Below, piece by piece: positions 18,786 to 29,689 of a stretch of 64,000 nucleotides of DNA. A model generated the notes under the pieces. The model did not search any database and had not been told where the DNA came from. It saw only the letters and a list, made by a program, of their open reading frames with translations. Location of the stretch: assembly GCA_038530555.1 (NCBI GenBank), contig JBCBCN010000002.1, forward strand, positions 51,980 to 115,979, given 5' to 3'. A program made the position numbers and the translations under genes. Origin of the DNA: Pseudomonadota bacterium. GTDB taxonomy: Bacteria; Pseudomonadota; Alphaproteobacteria; Rhodobacterales; Rhodobacteraceae. Every line of letters begins with the position of its first letter. The first letter of the stretch is position 1.

Positions 18786-21506
18786 TCACGCCTGCTCGGG
18801 CACGAGAATATCGCGCTTGCCCACATGGTTGGCCGCACTCACGAGGCCTGCCTCCTCCATCTGCTCCACAAGGCGCGCGGCCTTGTTGTAGCCGATGGCG
18901 AGCTTGCGCTGGATGTAGGACGTCGAACACTTCCGGTCTTGGATCACGATCTGGACGGCTTGATCGTAGAGCGCATCCTCCCCGTCCGTGTTACCGCCAA
19001 GCCCGAGGACGAGGTCAATATCGCTTTCCTTCTCATCATCGGGGCCATCCAGAACGCTTGCAGTGTAATCCGGCGCGCCAAAGCTCTTGAGATGGCTGAC
19101 GATCTCTTCAACCTCCTCATCGCTCACAAATGGGCCGTGAACGCGCGTGATCTTGGCGCCACCGGCCATGTAGAGCATGTCGCCCATGCCGAGCAGCTGC
19201 TCGGCGCCCATCTCCCCCAGAATCGTGCGGCTATCGACTTTTGAGGTGACATGAAAGCTGATCCGCGTAGGGAAGTTCGCCTTGATCGTGCCGGTGATGA
19301 CGTCGACCGACGGGCGCTGCGTCGCCATGATCAAGTGGATGCCGGAGGCGCGGGCCATCTGCGCCAGACGCTGGATGCAGGCCTCAATCTCTTTGCCCGC
19401 GACCATCATCAGGTCCGCCATTTCGTCGACGACCACGACGATGAAGGGCATTGTTTCGGGCGCGAATTCTTCGGTTTCGAACACCGGTTCACCGGTCTCA
19501 TCGTCGAATCCGGTTTGCACGGTGCGCTGGAACAACTCTCCCTTGCTGAGCGCGTCTGCGACACGGCCGTTATAGCCTTCGATGTTCCGCACGCCCATTT
19601 TGGACATCTTGCGGTAGCGCTCCTCCATCTCGGCCACGACCCATTTGAGCGCGACGACCGCCTTTTTCGGGTCGGTCACGACGGGTGAGAGGAGATGCGG
19701 GATACCGTCATAGACACTGAGCTCCAGCATCTTGGGATCGATCATGATCAGGCGGCATTCAGCCGGGGTCAGCTTATAAAGCAGGCTCAGGATCATCGTG
19801 TTGATCGCCACGGATTTGCCCGAGCCAGTCGTCCCCGCGATCAGCAAGTGGGGCATTTTGGCGAGGTTCGCGATGACCGGATCGCCGCCGATATCCTTGC
19901 CAAGCGCGAGGGGCAGGCGGTGGTTTCCGTCGCCATAATCTCGGCTGGAGAGGATCTCACGTAATACAACCTTCTCGCGGTGTTGGTTCGGCAGTTCGAT
20001 CCCGATCACCGAGCGGCCAGGCACGGTCGAGACACGCGCCGATAGAGCCGACATGGAGCGAGCGATATCGTCGGCCAGGCCGATGACGCGGGACGCCTTC
20101 AGGCCAGGCGCCGGCTCAAGTTCATACATCGTGACCACAGGGCCGGGGCGGACCGAGACAATCTCCCCCTTCACGCCGTAATCATCCAGAACGCTTTCGA
20201 GCATCCGCGCGTTCTCTTCGAGCGCTTCGTCGCTCAGATGCATCCGCTGAATGCCCTCGCCACTCTCCAAAAGCGTGAGCGGCGGCAGGTCGTACTGATC
20301 GGCCCGATCCTCAAGCGGCAACGAAGGCTGTGCCTCAGCTTGGGCCTGACGCGAAGGTGCTGTTCGTTTCGGGCTGGGTTGGATCACCTTTCCGCTGGGC
20401 TGCGGGGCACCCAGAACAGCGCTGCGTTCCGAATAGGGCACCGAAAGCGGCTGTCCAAGGTCGGTCGGATCAGGCTCGGCCCAGTCGGTGTCCAGAGCAT
20501 GTACGTCCAGACTTGACGCAGCGGATGCCGCGCTCAGAGGCGGCTCGATGCGGTCTTGCATCGGGCTATCGGCGCGGATCGCGCGACTGCGCACGGCATC
20601 GGCGATCTTCTGGCGAATTTGGCCCTCGCTCGGCGGGTTGATCTCGGCAGAATAGGCCGCGCGCTCGGGCAGTTCGGGGTTCAGCGCTTCGGCTTCGAGC
20701 ACCGGCTCCGGGCTGGGCGCGCGCCGGATAGGCACGAAAGACCGGCGGCGCGGGCTTGCGGATTGCGGCTGCACTGCTGCTTCTTCACGGGCGAGGCGAC
20801 GGGCCTCACGGCGCGCAAGTTGTCCCTCATGCAAGCGGCCCGCACCCTGCCACGCCACCAAACCAAGCTTGCGGGCGCCGATAATAAGGGCGTTGAACAC
20901 CACCAGCAATCCCAACAGGAGATAGCGTGCGGCGCGGTCCAACTCGAACCGGCTGACGCCCAAGACAAATGCGCTCAATGCGATACCCGTCACGCAAGCC
21001 AGCGCCGCCGCTGCCTTGAGACCTAGAGCGGCGTTGAAGGGCAGAATGGTGACGACGGTCGCCAGGACGGTATCGCCAAAAAGGCCACCCAAGCCAAAGG
21101 AATGCGTCCAATCCGCAGCCGGCAAAAAGGACGCGGAATAGACCGACACCAGCGCGACAGCGATGGGCAGAAAGACAATGCGCCAGACCTGCTCGGTCCC
21201 GCTATGGAGCAGAAAGCGCAGCGCCCACACAACGAGTGCGAGAGCAAAGACCCAGCTCGCAAGCCCTGTGACCATCATCAAAACGGCGGCAATCGAGGCG
21301 CCAAGGCGGCCAAATGCATTCTGCGGCGCCGTGTCTGTCGCGGTGAGGAAGTTCGGGTCTTCAGGGCTATAGGTCCAGAGGATCAGCGTCAGGATCACGC
21401 CCAGCGCCATCAGGCTCACGCCGATCAGCTCTTTGCCGCGCTTGTTCAACATCGCCTGCATATGGCTGTCGAGAAATGGGTCACGCTGGCGTGTTTGATA
21501 AGCCAT
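18786..21506 (-). CDS. ftsK: DNA translocase FtsK
   Basis: 906 aa. N-terminal 4-5 TM domain, Pro/Ala-rich linker, motor domain with Walker A (GTTGSGKS), and a C-terminal gamma winged-helix ([22 protein letters not shown]). Confidence 0.95.
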   Translation of the reverse strand: MAYQTRQRDPFLDSHMQAMLNKRGKELIGVSLMALGVILTLILWTYSPEDPNFLTATDTAPQNAFGRLGASIAAVLMMVTGLASWVFALALVVWALRFLLHSGTEQVWRIVFLPIAVALVSVYSASFLPAADWTHSFGLGGLFGDTVLATVVTILPFNAALGLKAAAALACVTGIALSAFVLGVSRFELDRAARYLLLGLLVVFNALIIGARKLGLVAWQGAGRLHEGQLARREARRLAREEAAVQPQSASPRRRSFVPIRRAPSPEPVLEAEALNPELPERAAYSAEINPPSEGQIRQKIADAVRSRAIRADSPMQDRIEPPLSAASAASSLDVHALDTDWAEPDPTDLGQPLSVPYSERSAVLGAPQPSGKVIQPSPKRTAPSRQAQAEAQPSLPLEDRADQYDLPPLTLLESGEGIQRMHLSDEALEENARMLESVLDDYGVKGEIVSVRPGPVVTMYELEPAPGLKASRVIGLADDIARSMSALSARVSTVPGRSVIGIELPNQHREKVVLREILSSRDYGDGNHRLPLALGKDIGGDPVIANLAKMPHLLIAGTTGSGKSVAINTMILSLLYKLTPAECRLIMIDPKMLELSVYDGIPHLLSPVVTDPKKAVVALKWVVAEMEERYRKMSKMGVRNIEGYNGRVADALSKGELFQRTVQTGFDDETGEPVFETEEFAPETMPFIVVVVDEMADLMMVAGKEIEACIQRLAQMARASGIHLIMATQRPSVDVITGTIKANFPTRISFHVTSKVDSRTILGEMGAEQLLGMGDMLYMAGGAKITRVHGPFVSDEEVEEIVSHLKSFGAPDYTASVLDGPDDEKESDIDLVLGLGGNTDGEDALYDQAVQIVIQDRKCSTSYIQRKLAIGYNKAARLVEQMEEAGLVSAANHVGKRDILVPEQA

Positions 21507-21517
21507 TTGCTAAATCC

Positions 21518-22702
21518 TCACCGATAAAGTCCGTCGCGAATGCGTTTGAGGCCGCGCTCGGTTTCGTCGAGCGGCGCGACCATCGCGACCCTGATGTAGT
21601 TGTCACCTGGATTGATGCCGTCCACGGCGTGGCCCAAATAGGCGCCGGGCAGAACCCGAACGCCCTGTTCGGTCCACAGCCTCAGCGCGGCCTCCTCGCC
21701 GGTGGCGTCTGGCACCTTAAGCCAGAGGAAAAAGCCGCCCTGGGGCGCGGTATAGCCTGGCACATTGCCGAATATGCTATCAGCCAGGCGGTATTTCTCG
21801 CGGTAGAGCGCGCGGTTGGCCTCAACATGGGCCTCATCGGCCCAAATCCGCTCGGCCACACGTTGCAACGGCAGGGAGAGGGGCGCACCGGCATAGGCCC
21901 GCAACTGCGCCATCGCCGCGATGCTGCTCGGCCCACCCGCTGCAAAGCCCGATCTTAGGCCCGGCAGATTGGAGCGTTTAGACAACGAGTGAAACGCGAC
22001 CACACGTTCGGGGTCGGCGCCCAAGTGATGCGCCATCTGCAGGCCGCCCGGCGGCGGCGTTTCGCGGTAGATCTCGGCATAGCATTCGTCGGCCAGGATC
22101 TGAAAATCATGCCGCTCCGCCAGGTTGATCAGCTGCGTCCAATAGCTCTCATCAGCGATCGCGCCCTGCGGGTTTGACGGCGTGCAGAGATAGGCAATGG
22201 CCACCCGGTCCAGCATGTCCTGCGGAAGCGCCGTGAAGTCCGGCAGGAAGCCGGTTTCAGCGGTCGCGGGCACAAAGACCATCTCGGCCTGCACACTGAT
22301 CGCGGCAACCATATAGACCTGATAGAACGGGTTCGGGATCAAAATGACCGGCTTGCCACCCGCCTTCGTCTCTGGGCAAAGCGCCATCGCCGCGTTGTAA
22401 AGCCCCTCACGCGTGCCGTTGAGCGCGATGATCCGCTCGGGCCCGAAATTGACGCCGTAGCGGTGGTGCAACCAGCCGCCAATCGTCTCCAAAAGGGCCG
22501 GCGTGCCGGGATTGGGCGGGTACTTTGCGAATTCAGCGATATGGCGCGTCAGCACGTCCTCAACCCAACCGGGAAAAGGGTGGCGCGGCTCACCAATGGT
22601 CATATTGATCGGCTCACCTCCCGACGGATGGGCGTCGAGAAGCGCCCGCAAGCGCGGAAACGCGTATTCTGGCAGGTTCGAAAACCGCTCAGGTGAAACC
22701 AT
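21518..22702 (-). CDS. class I/II PLP aminotransferase, DapC-like (possible succinyldiaminopimelate transaminase)
   Basis: 394 aa. The N-terminus LPEYAFPRLRALL...INMTIGEPRHPFP resembles the proteobacterial DapC type. SLSKRSNLPGLR carries the PLP lysine. Confidence 0.8.
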   Translation of the reverse strand: MVSPERFSNLPEYAFPRLRALLDAHPSGGEPINMTIGEPRHPFPGWVEDVLTRHIAEFAKYPPNPGTPALLETIGGWLHHRYGVNFGPERIIALNGTREGLYNAAMALCPETKAGGKPVILIPNPFYQVYMVAAISVQAEMVFVPATAETGFLPDFTALPQDMLDRVAIAYLCTPSNPQGAIADESYWTQLINLAERHDFQILADECYAEIYRETPPPGGLQMAHHLGADPERVVAFHSLSKRSNLPGLRSGFAAGGPSSIAAMAQLRAYAGAPLSLPLQRVAERIWADEAHVEANRALYREKYRLADSIFGNVPGYTAPQGGFFLWLKVPDATGEEAALRLWTEQGVRVLPGAYLGHAVDGINPGDNYIRVAMVAPLDETERGLKRIRDGLYR

Positions 22703-22747
22703 ATCTGCCTCTGCTCAGGGTCGTTGCGCCCTGATTTGCAGGCAGAT
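22703..22747 (-). other. two-tier stem-loop abutting the aminotransferase start codon
   Basis: ATCTGCCT/AGGCAGAT (8 bp) encloses TCAGGG/CCCTGA (6 bp). On the minus strand the 3' arm contains the only SD-like GAGG and ends at the ATG. Confidence 0.4.
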
Positions 22748-22806
22748 TAGTGACTTAGCGTGTGTGGGTCCAGGAAAACCATCGGCCGGTACCGGCTTTG
22801 TGGCCT

Positions 22807-24156
22807 TTAGGTCAGCACCGCCTCGGCCGCTTTGGCAAGGCGCAGTAGGCGCCGTTCGGCGGCGGGCGGGCAGAGCATCATAAAGCCGCAGGACGGCGAC
22901 GGTGTGGGCAGGCTTACCCCGCAAGAGCCCATGAGATTGCCAACCCGGGTATTGCGCAAGGTCATCAGGTTCTCGGTTACGTAATAGGCGTCATCACTGA
23001 GCAGGCGATCACGGTTCGGCGGCAGGTTGGGCGTTGTCGGCAAGACCACCGCGTCGAAGGCTGCGGTCTGTTCGGAAAATGCCGCCCGCGCCTGATCCAG
23101 CCTCTGCCATGCGGCGACATAGTCCGAGGCCGAGAAGTCAGCGCCGGAGCGGAACCGGTCGAGGATACGCGCGAACATCTTGTCCGGCGCGGCCTCGATG
23201 ACCTCTTTCCAGGTTCCGTAGGCCTCAGCCGAGAACAGGATTGGGGCAAGTTCCATCGCAGCGTCGACATCCGCGCTTGCGCTGCGCTCAAACCGCGCGC
23301 CAGCCTTTGACAAGCTCGACAGGGCCGCTTCGAAGGCTGCGCCGGGCGCGTCTCGGACGTCGCTGGCATAGGGGTCGAGGATCAGAAATCTGGCGCTGGA
23401 CAGGCTCGCATCCGTCAGATCAGGCGCGGCTTCTCCCGACATAATCGCGAAGCTTTCGGCCGCATCTTCCACGCCGCGGCAGAGCGGACCGACCGTGTCG
23501 AAGCGGGCGCAAAGCGGGACGACGCCCTCATTGCTCAGCCGCCCATGACTGGTCTTGAGACCCACCAGATCGTTCCAGGCGGCGGGCACGCGCACCGATC
23601 CGCCGGTATCGGAGCCGATGGCGAGCGGTGCGAGATCAAAGGCGACCGAAGCCGCGGCACCGGAGGAGGAGCCGCCAGGCACCGCATCGGCGTCGTGGAT
23701 GTTGAGCGGAGTGGCCGTCACCGGGTTCAGACCCAGGCCGGAGAAAGCGAGCTCTGACATATGTGTCTTGCCCAAGCAGACCGTTCCGGCGCGAGTGGAG
23801 GCGGCCAAGACATCGGCATCGTCTGTTGGAACGCGACCCGCTAGAAGGGCCGAGCCCGCCTCGGTCGCGGTGCCCGCACTGTCGAAAAGGTCCTTCCACG
23901 AGGCCGGCACCCCGTCCAAAAGCCCCCGCCGCGTACCGGATTTCGCACGCGCCGCTGCCGCCTCGGCCTCGGCGCGGGCGCGGTCGCTCGTGATCGCGCT
24001 ATAAATCTGATCGCGGGCAGGATGGGCGGCGATGGCCTCGAGATAGCTTTCGGTCAGAGCGACGGGATCAATTTCACTCGCTCCGATCCTGCGCCCCAAC
24101 TCGGACGCGCTCATTTTCAGCCAGTTCGCCATGTTTTCCCGCCCCAGTCCGATCAA
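22807..24156 (-). CDS. amidase (amidase-signature family)
   Basis: GGSSSGAAASVA signature and a Ser-cisSer-Lys type layout. An alternative start at 24132 gives MANWLK. Confidence 0.85.
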   Translation of the reverse strand: MIGLGRENMANWLKMSASELGRRIGASEIDPVALTESYLEAIAAHPARDQIYSAITSDRARAEAEAAAARAKSGTRRGLLDGVPASWKDLFDSAGTATEAGSALLAGRVPTDDADVLAASTRAGTVCLGKTHMSELAFSGLGLNPVTATPLNIHDADAVPGGSSSGAAASVAFDLAPLAIGSDTGGSVRVPAAWNDLVGLKTSHGRLSNEGVVPLCARFDTVGPLCRGVEDAAESFAIMSGEAAPDLTDASLSSARFLILDPYASDVRDAPGAAFEAALSSLSKAGARFERSASADVDAAMELAPILFSAEAYGTWKEVIEAAPDKMFARILDRFRSGADFSASDYVAAWQRLDQARAAFSEQTAAFDAVVLPTTPNLPPNRDRLLSDDAYYVTENLMTLRNTRVGNLMGSCGVSLPTPSPSCGFMMLCPPAAERRLLRLAKAAEAVLT

Positions 24157-24247
24157 CCTGCCGGATCATCTTGTCATCTTGTCGCGGAGCCACGCTAGCC
24201 TGCGTCACAGCCTTGGACAATCCTGCCCCACGGCGCATATCTAGCGT

Positions 24248-25456
24248 ATGGAGCAACGTGTTCTGATCGTCGGCGGCGGGCTGAATGGGCCGTGCCTTGC
24301 CATCGCGCTGGCCCAGGCTGGCTTGCACAGCACTTTGATCGACGCGCAAACGTCTGACACGCATCAGGATCCTGGATTTGACGGGCGGTGCTATGCCCTA
24401 GCGCACTCTACGATGCGGATGCTCAAAGCGCTCGGGCTGTGGGCCAGTCTTGAGGATATGGCGCAGCCGATCCTGGGCATCAAAGCCTCCGATGGGCGTG
24501 CGGGCGAAGGCCCCTCCCCTTTATTTCTACATTTCGACCACGCCGATCTCGAGGAAGGCCCGATGGGCTTTATTGTAGAAGATCGCCATTTGCGGGCGCG
24601 TCTGTGGCGCGACGTGGCCGAGCGGCCTGAGATTACCTATCTGCCGGGCACGATTGTAACCGGCCAGGCGCCCGGTCGCGTGGAGCTGAGCACGGGCACG
24701 ACGCTCGAGGGCGCCTTGATTGTCGGGGCCGATGGCCGCGGTAGTCAGACAGCCCGGCGCGCGGGGATCAAACGCATGGCCTGGGGCTATGGGCAAACCG
24801 CCCTCGTTGCGGCTTTGGCCCATGAAAAGCCCCATAACGGCATCGCGCATCAGTTTTTTATGCCGGCTGGACCGCTGGCGATTTTACCTTTGACCGGCAA
24901 TCGGTGCAGCATCGTGTGGAGCGAGCGCTCAGAAGAGGCTGAGCGCATCCTCAACCTTCCCGAGTCGGAGTTCATCGACCATCTGAAGCCACGTTTTGGC
25001 AGTTTTCTGGGCGAGATCAGCGCGGCTGGACGCCGCTATTGCTATCCGCTGGGCCTGTCGTTGACCGATCGCTTTGTGGCGGAGCGTCTGGCCCTTGTAG
25101 GTGATGCCGCCCATGGTGTTCATCCGATCGCGGGCCAGGGCCTGAACCTGGGTTTTCGCGATGTCGCGGCCTTGGCTCAGACACTAGGGGAAGCGCAGCG
25201 GCGCGGCGAGGACATCGGCACCAGTGCGGTGCTGCGGCGTTACCAAAGTTGGCGCCGGTTCGACACCGCCGCCCTTGCCGTCGCCACGGACAGCTTCAAC
25301 AGGCTGTTTTCTAATGATAATTCTATATTACGCTTCGCGCGCGATGCTGGTATGGGTCTGGTGAATGCGATCCCGCCGGTCAAACGCGCCTTTATGCGCC
25401 AAGCCGCAGGCCTTAATGGCCCGCTTCCGCGTTTGCTGCGCGGCGAGCCACTTTAA
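24248..25456 (+). CDS. UbiH/UbiF/VisC/COQ6 family FAD-dependent ubiquinone hydroxylase
   Basis: GxGxxG at [10 protein letters not shown], the DG motif (VGADGRGS) and [18 protein letters not shown]. Confidence 0.85.
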   Translation: MEQRVLIVGGGLNGPCLAIALAQAGLHSTLIDAQTSDTHQDPGFDGRCYALAHSTMRMLKALGLWASLEDMAQPILGIKASDGRAGEGPSPLFLHFDHADLEEGPMGFIVEDRHLRARLWRDVAERPEITYLPGTIVTGQAPGRVELSTGTTLEGALIVGADGRGSQTARRAGIKRMAWGYGQTALVAALAHEKPHNGIAHQFFMPAGPLAILPLTGNRCSIVWSERSEEAERILNLPESEFIDHLKPRFGSFLGEISAAGRRYCYPLGLSLTDRFVAERLALVGDAAHGVHPIAGQGLNLGFRDVAALAQTLGEAQRRGEDIGTSAVLRRYQSWRRFDTAALAVATDSFNRLFSNDNSILRFARDAGMGLVNAIPPVKRAFMRQAAGLNGPLPRLLRGEPL

Positions 25457-25641
25457 TCCTCGAGAGGTCGCGCTTCGCTTTCGAGCATGATCGGGATCGC
25501 GTTGCGGATCGGATAGGCGAGCTGCGCTGTTTTGGAGATCAGCTCCTGGCGCTCTGGATCATAGCTCAGCACCGTTTGCGTCAGAGGACAGATCAAGGCC
25601 TCGAGCATTTGGCGATTGATCTCCGGCGCTGCGTCACTCAC
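25453..25641 (-). CDS. Trm112/UPF0434 family small protein
   Basis: 62 aa. [11 protein letters not shown] ... [17 protein letters not shown] matches the Trm112p-like pattern. Confidence 0.7.
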   Translation of the reverse strand: MSDAAPEINRQMLEALICPLTQTVLSYDPERQELISKTAQLAYPIRNAIPIMLESEARPLED

Positions 25642-26282
25642 TGAATCATTTCTTCTGCGCTGCCGCCGCGCATGGCGAACTCGATCAGGGTCACGAGCGT
25701 CTCGCGACGCGTGGTCAGTGAAGGCGCCTCAAGCAGCGCTTGCTTTTCTTCCGGATCGAAGGGGCAGAGCATGGACAGCGAGTTTATCAACAGCTCGTTT
25801 TCCGCCTCTTTGAGATTGTCCCAATCCGTAGACAGGGCCATCGCCTCGAAGTAGCGCGTGAGCAGATCCATAAAACTCTCACGGTCGAAGGCGGCGTCGG
25901 TCTCGGTCTTTCCGACATCCTGGTCAAAGCCGTCCCAGCTGACCTCGGCTTTGAGGTAGGGCGTGAAGCCTTCGATCTCTCGCTTAATCCGGTAGCGGGA
26001 CACACCAGCAAGCGTGATCAGGTAACGGCCGTCTTCGGTCTCGGACATCTGCGTCACACGACCGGCACACCCAATTGTGTGCAGCCGCTTAGTGCCACCT
26101 GGCCCCTCCATCGGTTGCACCATTCCGATCAGGCGGTGCGACGTCTTCAAGGTGTCGTCGAGCATCTGAAGATACCGCGGCTCAAATAAGTGCAACGGCA
26201 ACCTGGCGCGGGGCAAAAGCAGCGCGCCGGGGAGCGGAAACACCGGGATCGAGCCGGGCAAATCAGCCTTGGATATCATCAT
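25638..26282 (-). CDS. LON substrate-binding (Lon N-terminal) domain protein
   Basis: [29 protein letters not shown] is the canonical start of a Lon N-terminal domain. There is no ATPase or protease part. Confidence 0.8.
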   Translation of the reverse strand: MMISKADLPGSIPVFPLPGALLLPRARLPLHLFEPRYLQMLDDTLKTSHRLIGMVQPMEGPGGTKRLHTIGCAGRVTQMSETEDGRYLITLAGVSRYRIKREIEGFTPYLKAEVSWDGFDQDVGKTETDAAFDRESFMDLLTRYFEAMALSTDWDNLKEAENELLINSLSMLCPFDPEEKQALLEAPSLTTRRETLVTLIEFAMRGGSAEEMIQ

Positions 26283-26305
26283 CAGCAGGTAGCCCGACGT
26301 TGGTG

Positions 26306-27214
26306 TCAGGCAAATATCATTGAGCTTAACTTGCGACGACCGCTTAGCACGATGGGATCTTGCGGCTTAAGCGCATCAAAGATGGTGAAGAGCTGCGCTT
26401 TGGCCGCGCCGTCATTCCATTCGCGATCACGGCGAAAAAGTTCCAGCAATTCGGCCACAGCCTCCTCAACCTGGCCCGCAGCATGGAGCGCTTGGGCATA
26501 GTCAAAGCGCGCTTGGTGGTCGTCCGGGTTTGCCTCGACGGCGCCGGACAATTCGGCAAGCGGGCCCGCCTCGCTCGCCTGTCGCGCAAGGGCCAGTTGC
26601 GCGCGCGCGGCTTCAACCTCAGCACTTTGTGCAATCGCCTCCGGCGCGTTGTTCAAGAGGGCCTCTGCCTGGTCAAGTTCTCCCATCGCGACATGTGCCC
26701 GCGCCAGACCACCAAGGGCCGCGGCACTTTCAGGGTCTTCGCCCAGGATGGCGGCAAATGTCTGCGCCGCGTCCACAGCCGCACCTTGGCTCAGCATGTC
26801 TTCAGCGGCTTCAATAGCCTCGCCCAGCCCACCATCCCCGGCTAAGGCGCTCAGCTTTTGCACGAATTCGGTGATCTGCGCCGGTGAAATCGCGCCCTGA
26901 AAGCCGTCGACGGGCTGGCCCTGCCAAAAGGCATAAACGGTCGGGATCGATTGAATGCGCAACTGCGCCGCAATGGCCTGGTTGGCGTCGACATCGACTT
27001 TGACCATCCGAACCTTGCCCTTGGCGGCCTTCACGGCTTCCTCAAGCTGCGGGCCCAGGGTCTTGCACGGCCCACACCACTCAGCCCAGAAATCGACGAC
27101 CACCGGGACTTGCTGGCTCATCTCGACGACGTCAGCCATGAAATTGGCCTCGTCGCTGTCTTTCACAAGATCGGCTGTGTCTTCAGCCGGCTGACCGGTT
27201 CCGAGTTCAAGCAT
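26306..27214 (-). CDS. thioredoxin-domain plus TPR co-chaperone (YbbN/CnoX-like)
   Basis: N-terminal thioredoxin fold with WAEWCGPCK, and C-terminal Ala-rich TPR-like repeats. Confidence 0.8.
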   Translation of the reverse strand: MLELGTGQPAEDTADLVKDSDEANFMADVVEMSQQVPVVVDFWAEWCGPCKTLGPQLEEAVKAAKGKVRMVKVDVDANQAIAAQLRIQSIPTVYAFWQGQPVDGFQGAISPAQITEFVQKLSALAGDGGLGEAIEAAEDMLSQGAAVDAAQTFAAILGEDPESAAALGGLARAHVAMGELDQAEALLNNAPEAIAQSAEVEAARAQLALARQASEAGPLAELSGAVEANPDDHQARFDYAQALHAAGQVEEAVAELLELFRRDREWNDGAAKAQLFTIFDALKPQDPIVLSGRRKLSSMIFA

Positions 27215-27288
27215 GGCGTTCTATTCCTTGTTCGCGCTCAACCTATATGATCGCGGCGCAGGCAAAGGCCAAGGGGATGTGCGAAACG

Positions 27289-27927
27289 ATGCAGAGATTG
27301 CTGATATTCGGTGACAGCAACACTCACGGCACTGAGCCTGGTTCGGCCTTGCGGCGCTATGGACCTGAGACGCGGTGGTGCGAGTCGGCGGCGCGCGATC
27401 TTGGTGCCGACTGGCGCTTGATCGATGAGGGCCTGCCTGGGCGCACGACGCAGTTCGACGATCCGGTGATGGGCGCACATATGAATGGGCAGAGGACCTG
27501 GATGACGGCCTTGGCCAGCCACGCGCCGCTGGACATTGTGGCGATTATGCTGGGCACGAATGACCTAAAGGCACGGTTTGGCGCCGACGCAGAGCGGATC
27601 GCTGCCGGGATTGAGGGCCTCATCGCAATCCTTCGCGCTCAAAGCACGTCTGCCTGGCTAGGGTCACCGCAGCTTTTGGTCATAGCGCCTGCACCGGTGA
27701 ATGTGACCGGTGCGCGGGCGGCGGAATGGCATGGATCTCGGGCGAAATCGCTTGCTCTGTCAGAAGCTTACCGCGAATTGTCCGCGCGACACGCCGCGGC
27801 GTTCTTGGACGCAGGCGAAGCCGATCCGGTCGATCCAGACGAAGGCATCCATTGGACTGAAGCCGGTCATGCCGCGTTTTCCAAGCTCTTTGTCGCGGCG
27901 GTTAGGCAGATGGCCAGAACCGGCTAG
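27289..27927 (+). CDS. SGNH/GDSL hydrolase (arylesterase-like)
   Basis: MQRLLIFGDSNTHG (block I GDS), GTND (block III) and a DxxH-like C-terminal block (DEGIHW). The track start 27247 lies upstream of this motif. Confidence 0.75.
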   Translation: MQRLLIFGDSNTHGTEPGSALRRYGPETRWCESAARDLGADWRLIDEGLPGRTTQFDDPVMGAHMNGQRTWMTALASHAPLDIVAIMLGTNDLKARFGADAERIAAGIEGLIAILRAQSTSAWLGSPQLLVIAPAPVNVTGARAAEWHGSRAKSLALSEAYRELSARHAAAFLDAGEADPVDPDEGIHWTEAGHAAFSKLFVAAVRQMARTG

Positions 27928-28712
27928 GCATCGAACGAGGCAAGGACCGGCGCGTGGTCCGAGGGTTTCTCCCAACCACGGACGTTTCGGAGAATGCGGC
28001 TGTTGTGTCTGCCCCCGGCGATATCCGGCGTGGCCCAGATGTGATCGAGGCGACGGCCTTTATCCGAAGTGCTCCAATCGGGCGAGCGATAGGACCACCA
28101 GGAATAGAGCTGGCCTTCGGGAATATCGGCGCGGGTGACATCGACCCAGCGCCCCGCGGCCTGAACGGCGGCCAGATGATCGACCTCGATCGGCGTGTGG
28201 CTGACAACCTTCAACAGCTGCTTGTGGCTCCAAACGTCATCTTCGCGCGGCGCGATGTTCAGATCCCCGACCAGGATTGCGCGCTCAGGAGGCTCGGCCT
28301 GAAACCAATCGTGCATCTCAGTGAGAAAATCGAGCTTATGGCCGAACTTTTCATTCTTTTTGCGGTCAGGCTCATCACCGCCCGCAGGCACATAGAAGTT
28401 GTGGACGACAACCCCGCTCGGCAGACGTGCCGCGACATGGCGGGCATCGCCGCGCCCGACAAAGTCCCGATGCCCGGCATCCTCTAGGGGAAGTTTCGAT
28501 AGGATCGCCACGCCGTTATAGCCCTTCTGCCCGCGCGCAACCATCGAGGTATAGCCCAGATCGGCGAATACCTCGTGCGGGATCTTGTCCACGGGGCTTT
28601 TGCATTCCTGCAAACACAGGATGTCCGGCTGTTCTTCCTGCAAAAGGCGGGCCACGAGACCGACGCGCAGACGCACCGAATTGATGTTCCAAGTGGCGAT
28701 AGTGAACGCCAT
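27924..28712 (-). CDS. xthA: exodeoxyribonuclease III
   Basis: TIATWNINSVRLR ... LCLQE ... GDLNIAP ... SDHAPV motifs of the ExoIII/APE1 family. Confidence 0.9.
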   Translation of the reverse strand: MAFTIATWNINSVRLRVGLVARLLQEEQPDILCLQECKSPVDKIPHEVFADLGYTSMVARGQKGYNGVAILSKLPLEDAGHRDFVGRGDARHVAARLPSGVVVHNFYVPAGGDEPDRKKNEKFGHKLDFLTEMHDWFQAEPPERAILVGDLNIAPREDDVWSHKQLLKVVSHTPIEVDHLAAVQAAGRWVDVTRADIPEGQLYSWWSYRSPDWSTSDKGRRLDHIWATPDIAGGRHNSRILRNVRGWEKPSDHAPVLASFDA

Positions 28713-28783
28713 ACGACCCCCCGATTGACTGTTGGCGCGACGCTACTGTGGGGCCGTCGCAAGCTCAAGCCGTGCGGGCGGGC

Positions 28784-28810
28784 AAAAAAAGGCCCGGGCG
28801 AAGCCGGGCC
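28784..28810 (-). terminator. intrinsic terminator downstream of the response-regulator gene
   Basis: On the minus strand, GGCCCGG - 6-nt loop - CCGGGCC (7 GC pairs) is followed by T7 (an A7 run at 28784-28790 on the plus strand). Confidence 0.6.
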
Positions 28811-28836
28811 AGTCGACAGGGAGGACAAGTGCGAGT

Positions 28837-29523
28837 TCACGCGACGAGGCGGTAGCCACCGGACTCCGTGACAAGCAGGCGCGCGTTGGATGGATCGGGC
28901 TCGATCTTTTGGCGCAGCCGGTAGATATGGGTCTCAAGAGTGTGGGTTGTAACACCGGCGTTGTAGCCCCACACCTCGTGCAGCAGGACATCGCGGGCGA
29001 CCACGCCGTCCTTGGCGCGGAGCAGGAATTTCAGGATATTGGTTTCCTTCTCCGTGAGGCGAATTTTGCGTGCCTCCTCGGTTTCCAGGATCTTCATGGC
29101 CGGTTTGAACATGTAAGGGCCAAGCTGAAAGATCGCGTCCTCGGACTGTTCATGCTGGCGTAACTGGGCGCGGATCCGCGCCAAAAGCACCGGAAATTTA
29201 AAGGGTTTCGTAACGTAATCATTGGCGCCTGCGTCGAGGCCCAGGATCGTGTCGGCATCGCTGTCATGGCCGGTCAGCATCAGAACGGGGCATTTCACAC
29301 CCTGTTTGCGCATCAAGCGGCAGAGCTCACGCCCGTCGGTATCTGGCAGGCCAACATCCAGGATGATCAGATCGTAAAGCGCCTCACGCGCCTTCTCCAT
29401 GGCATCCGCGCCATTGCCGGCCTCGAAGACATCAAAGTCTTCGGTCATGATCAGTTGCTCGGACAGCGCCTCGCGCAGATCGTCTTCGTCATCAACCAGC
29501 AAGATCTTTCTAAGCGTCGCCAT
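28837..29523 (-). CDS. OmpR/PhoB-family response regulator, CenR-like
   Basis: Receiver domain (KILLVDDEDD ... ILDVGLPDTDG ... KP) plus a winged-helix output (LTEKETNILKFL ... YRLRQKIE). ATG 29523 (MATLRK). Resembles the alphaproteobacterial cell-envelope regulator CenR, but that is not proven. Confidence 0.85.
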   Translation of the reverse strand: MATLRKILLVDDEDDLREALSEQLIMTEDFDVFEAGNGADAMEKAREALYDLIILDVGLPDTDGRELCRLMRKQGVKCPVLMLTGHDSDADTILGLDAGANDYVTKPFKFPVLLARIRAQLRQHEQSEDAIFQLGPYMFKPAMKILETEEARKIRLTEKETNILKFLLRAKDGVVARDVLLHEVWGYNAGVTTHTLETHIYRLRQKIEPDPSNARLLVTESGGYRLVA

Positions 29524-29689
29524 TAGGCCCTCCGGTGTTTCCGCGTTGAGCCCGAGATGCGCTTGCAAGCCCTTTCCGACAAGATGACCGAAAAAATCCT
29601 CACGCAGGCGTGTCGCCTGGGGTCGAAATGTTTCAAACTGGGTGCGCGATGACTAGCTATACCGCACCGTGGGGTGAAAGGTTTCCGGA

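Noticed and set aside
29524-29689. Checked for an FMN riboswitch upstream of ribA.
   Set aside because: None of the conserved FMN-element blocks are present, and the spacer is too short and lacks the multi-stem junction pattern.
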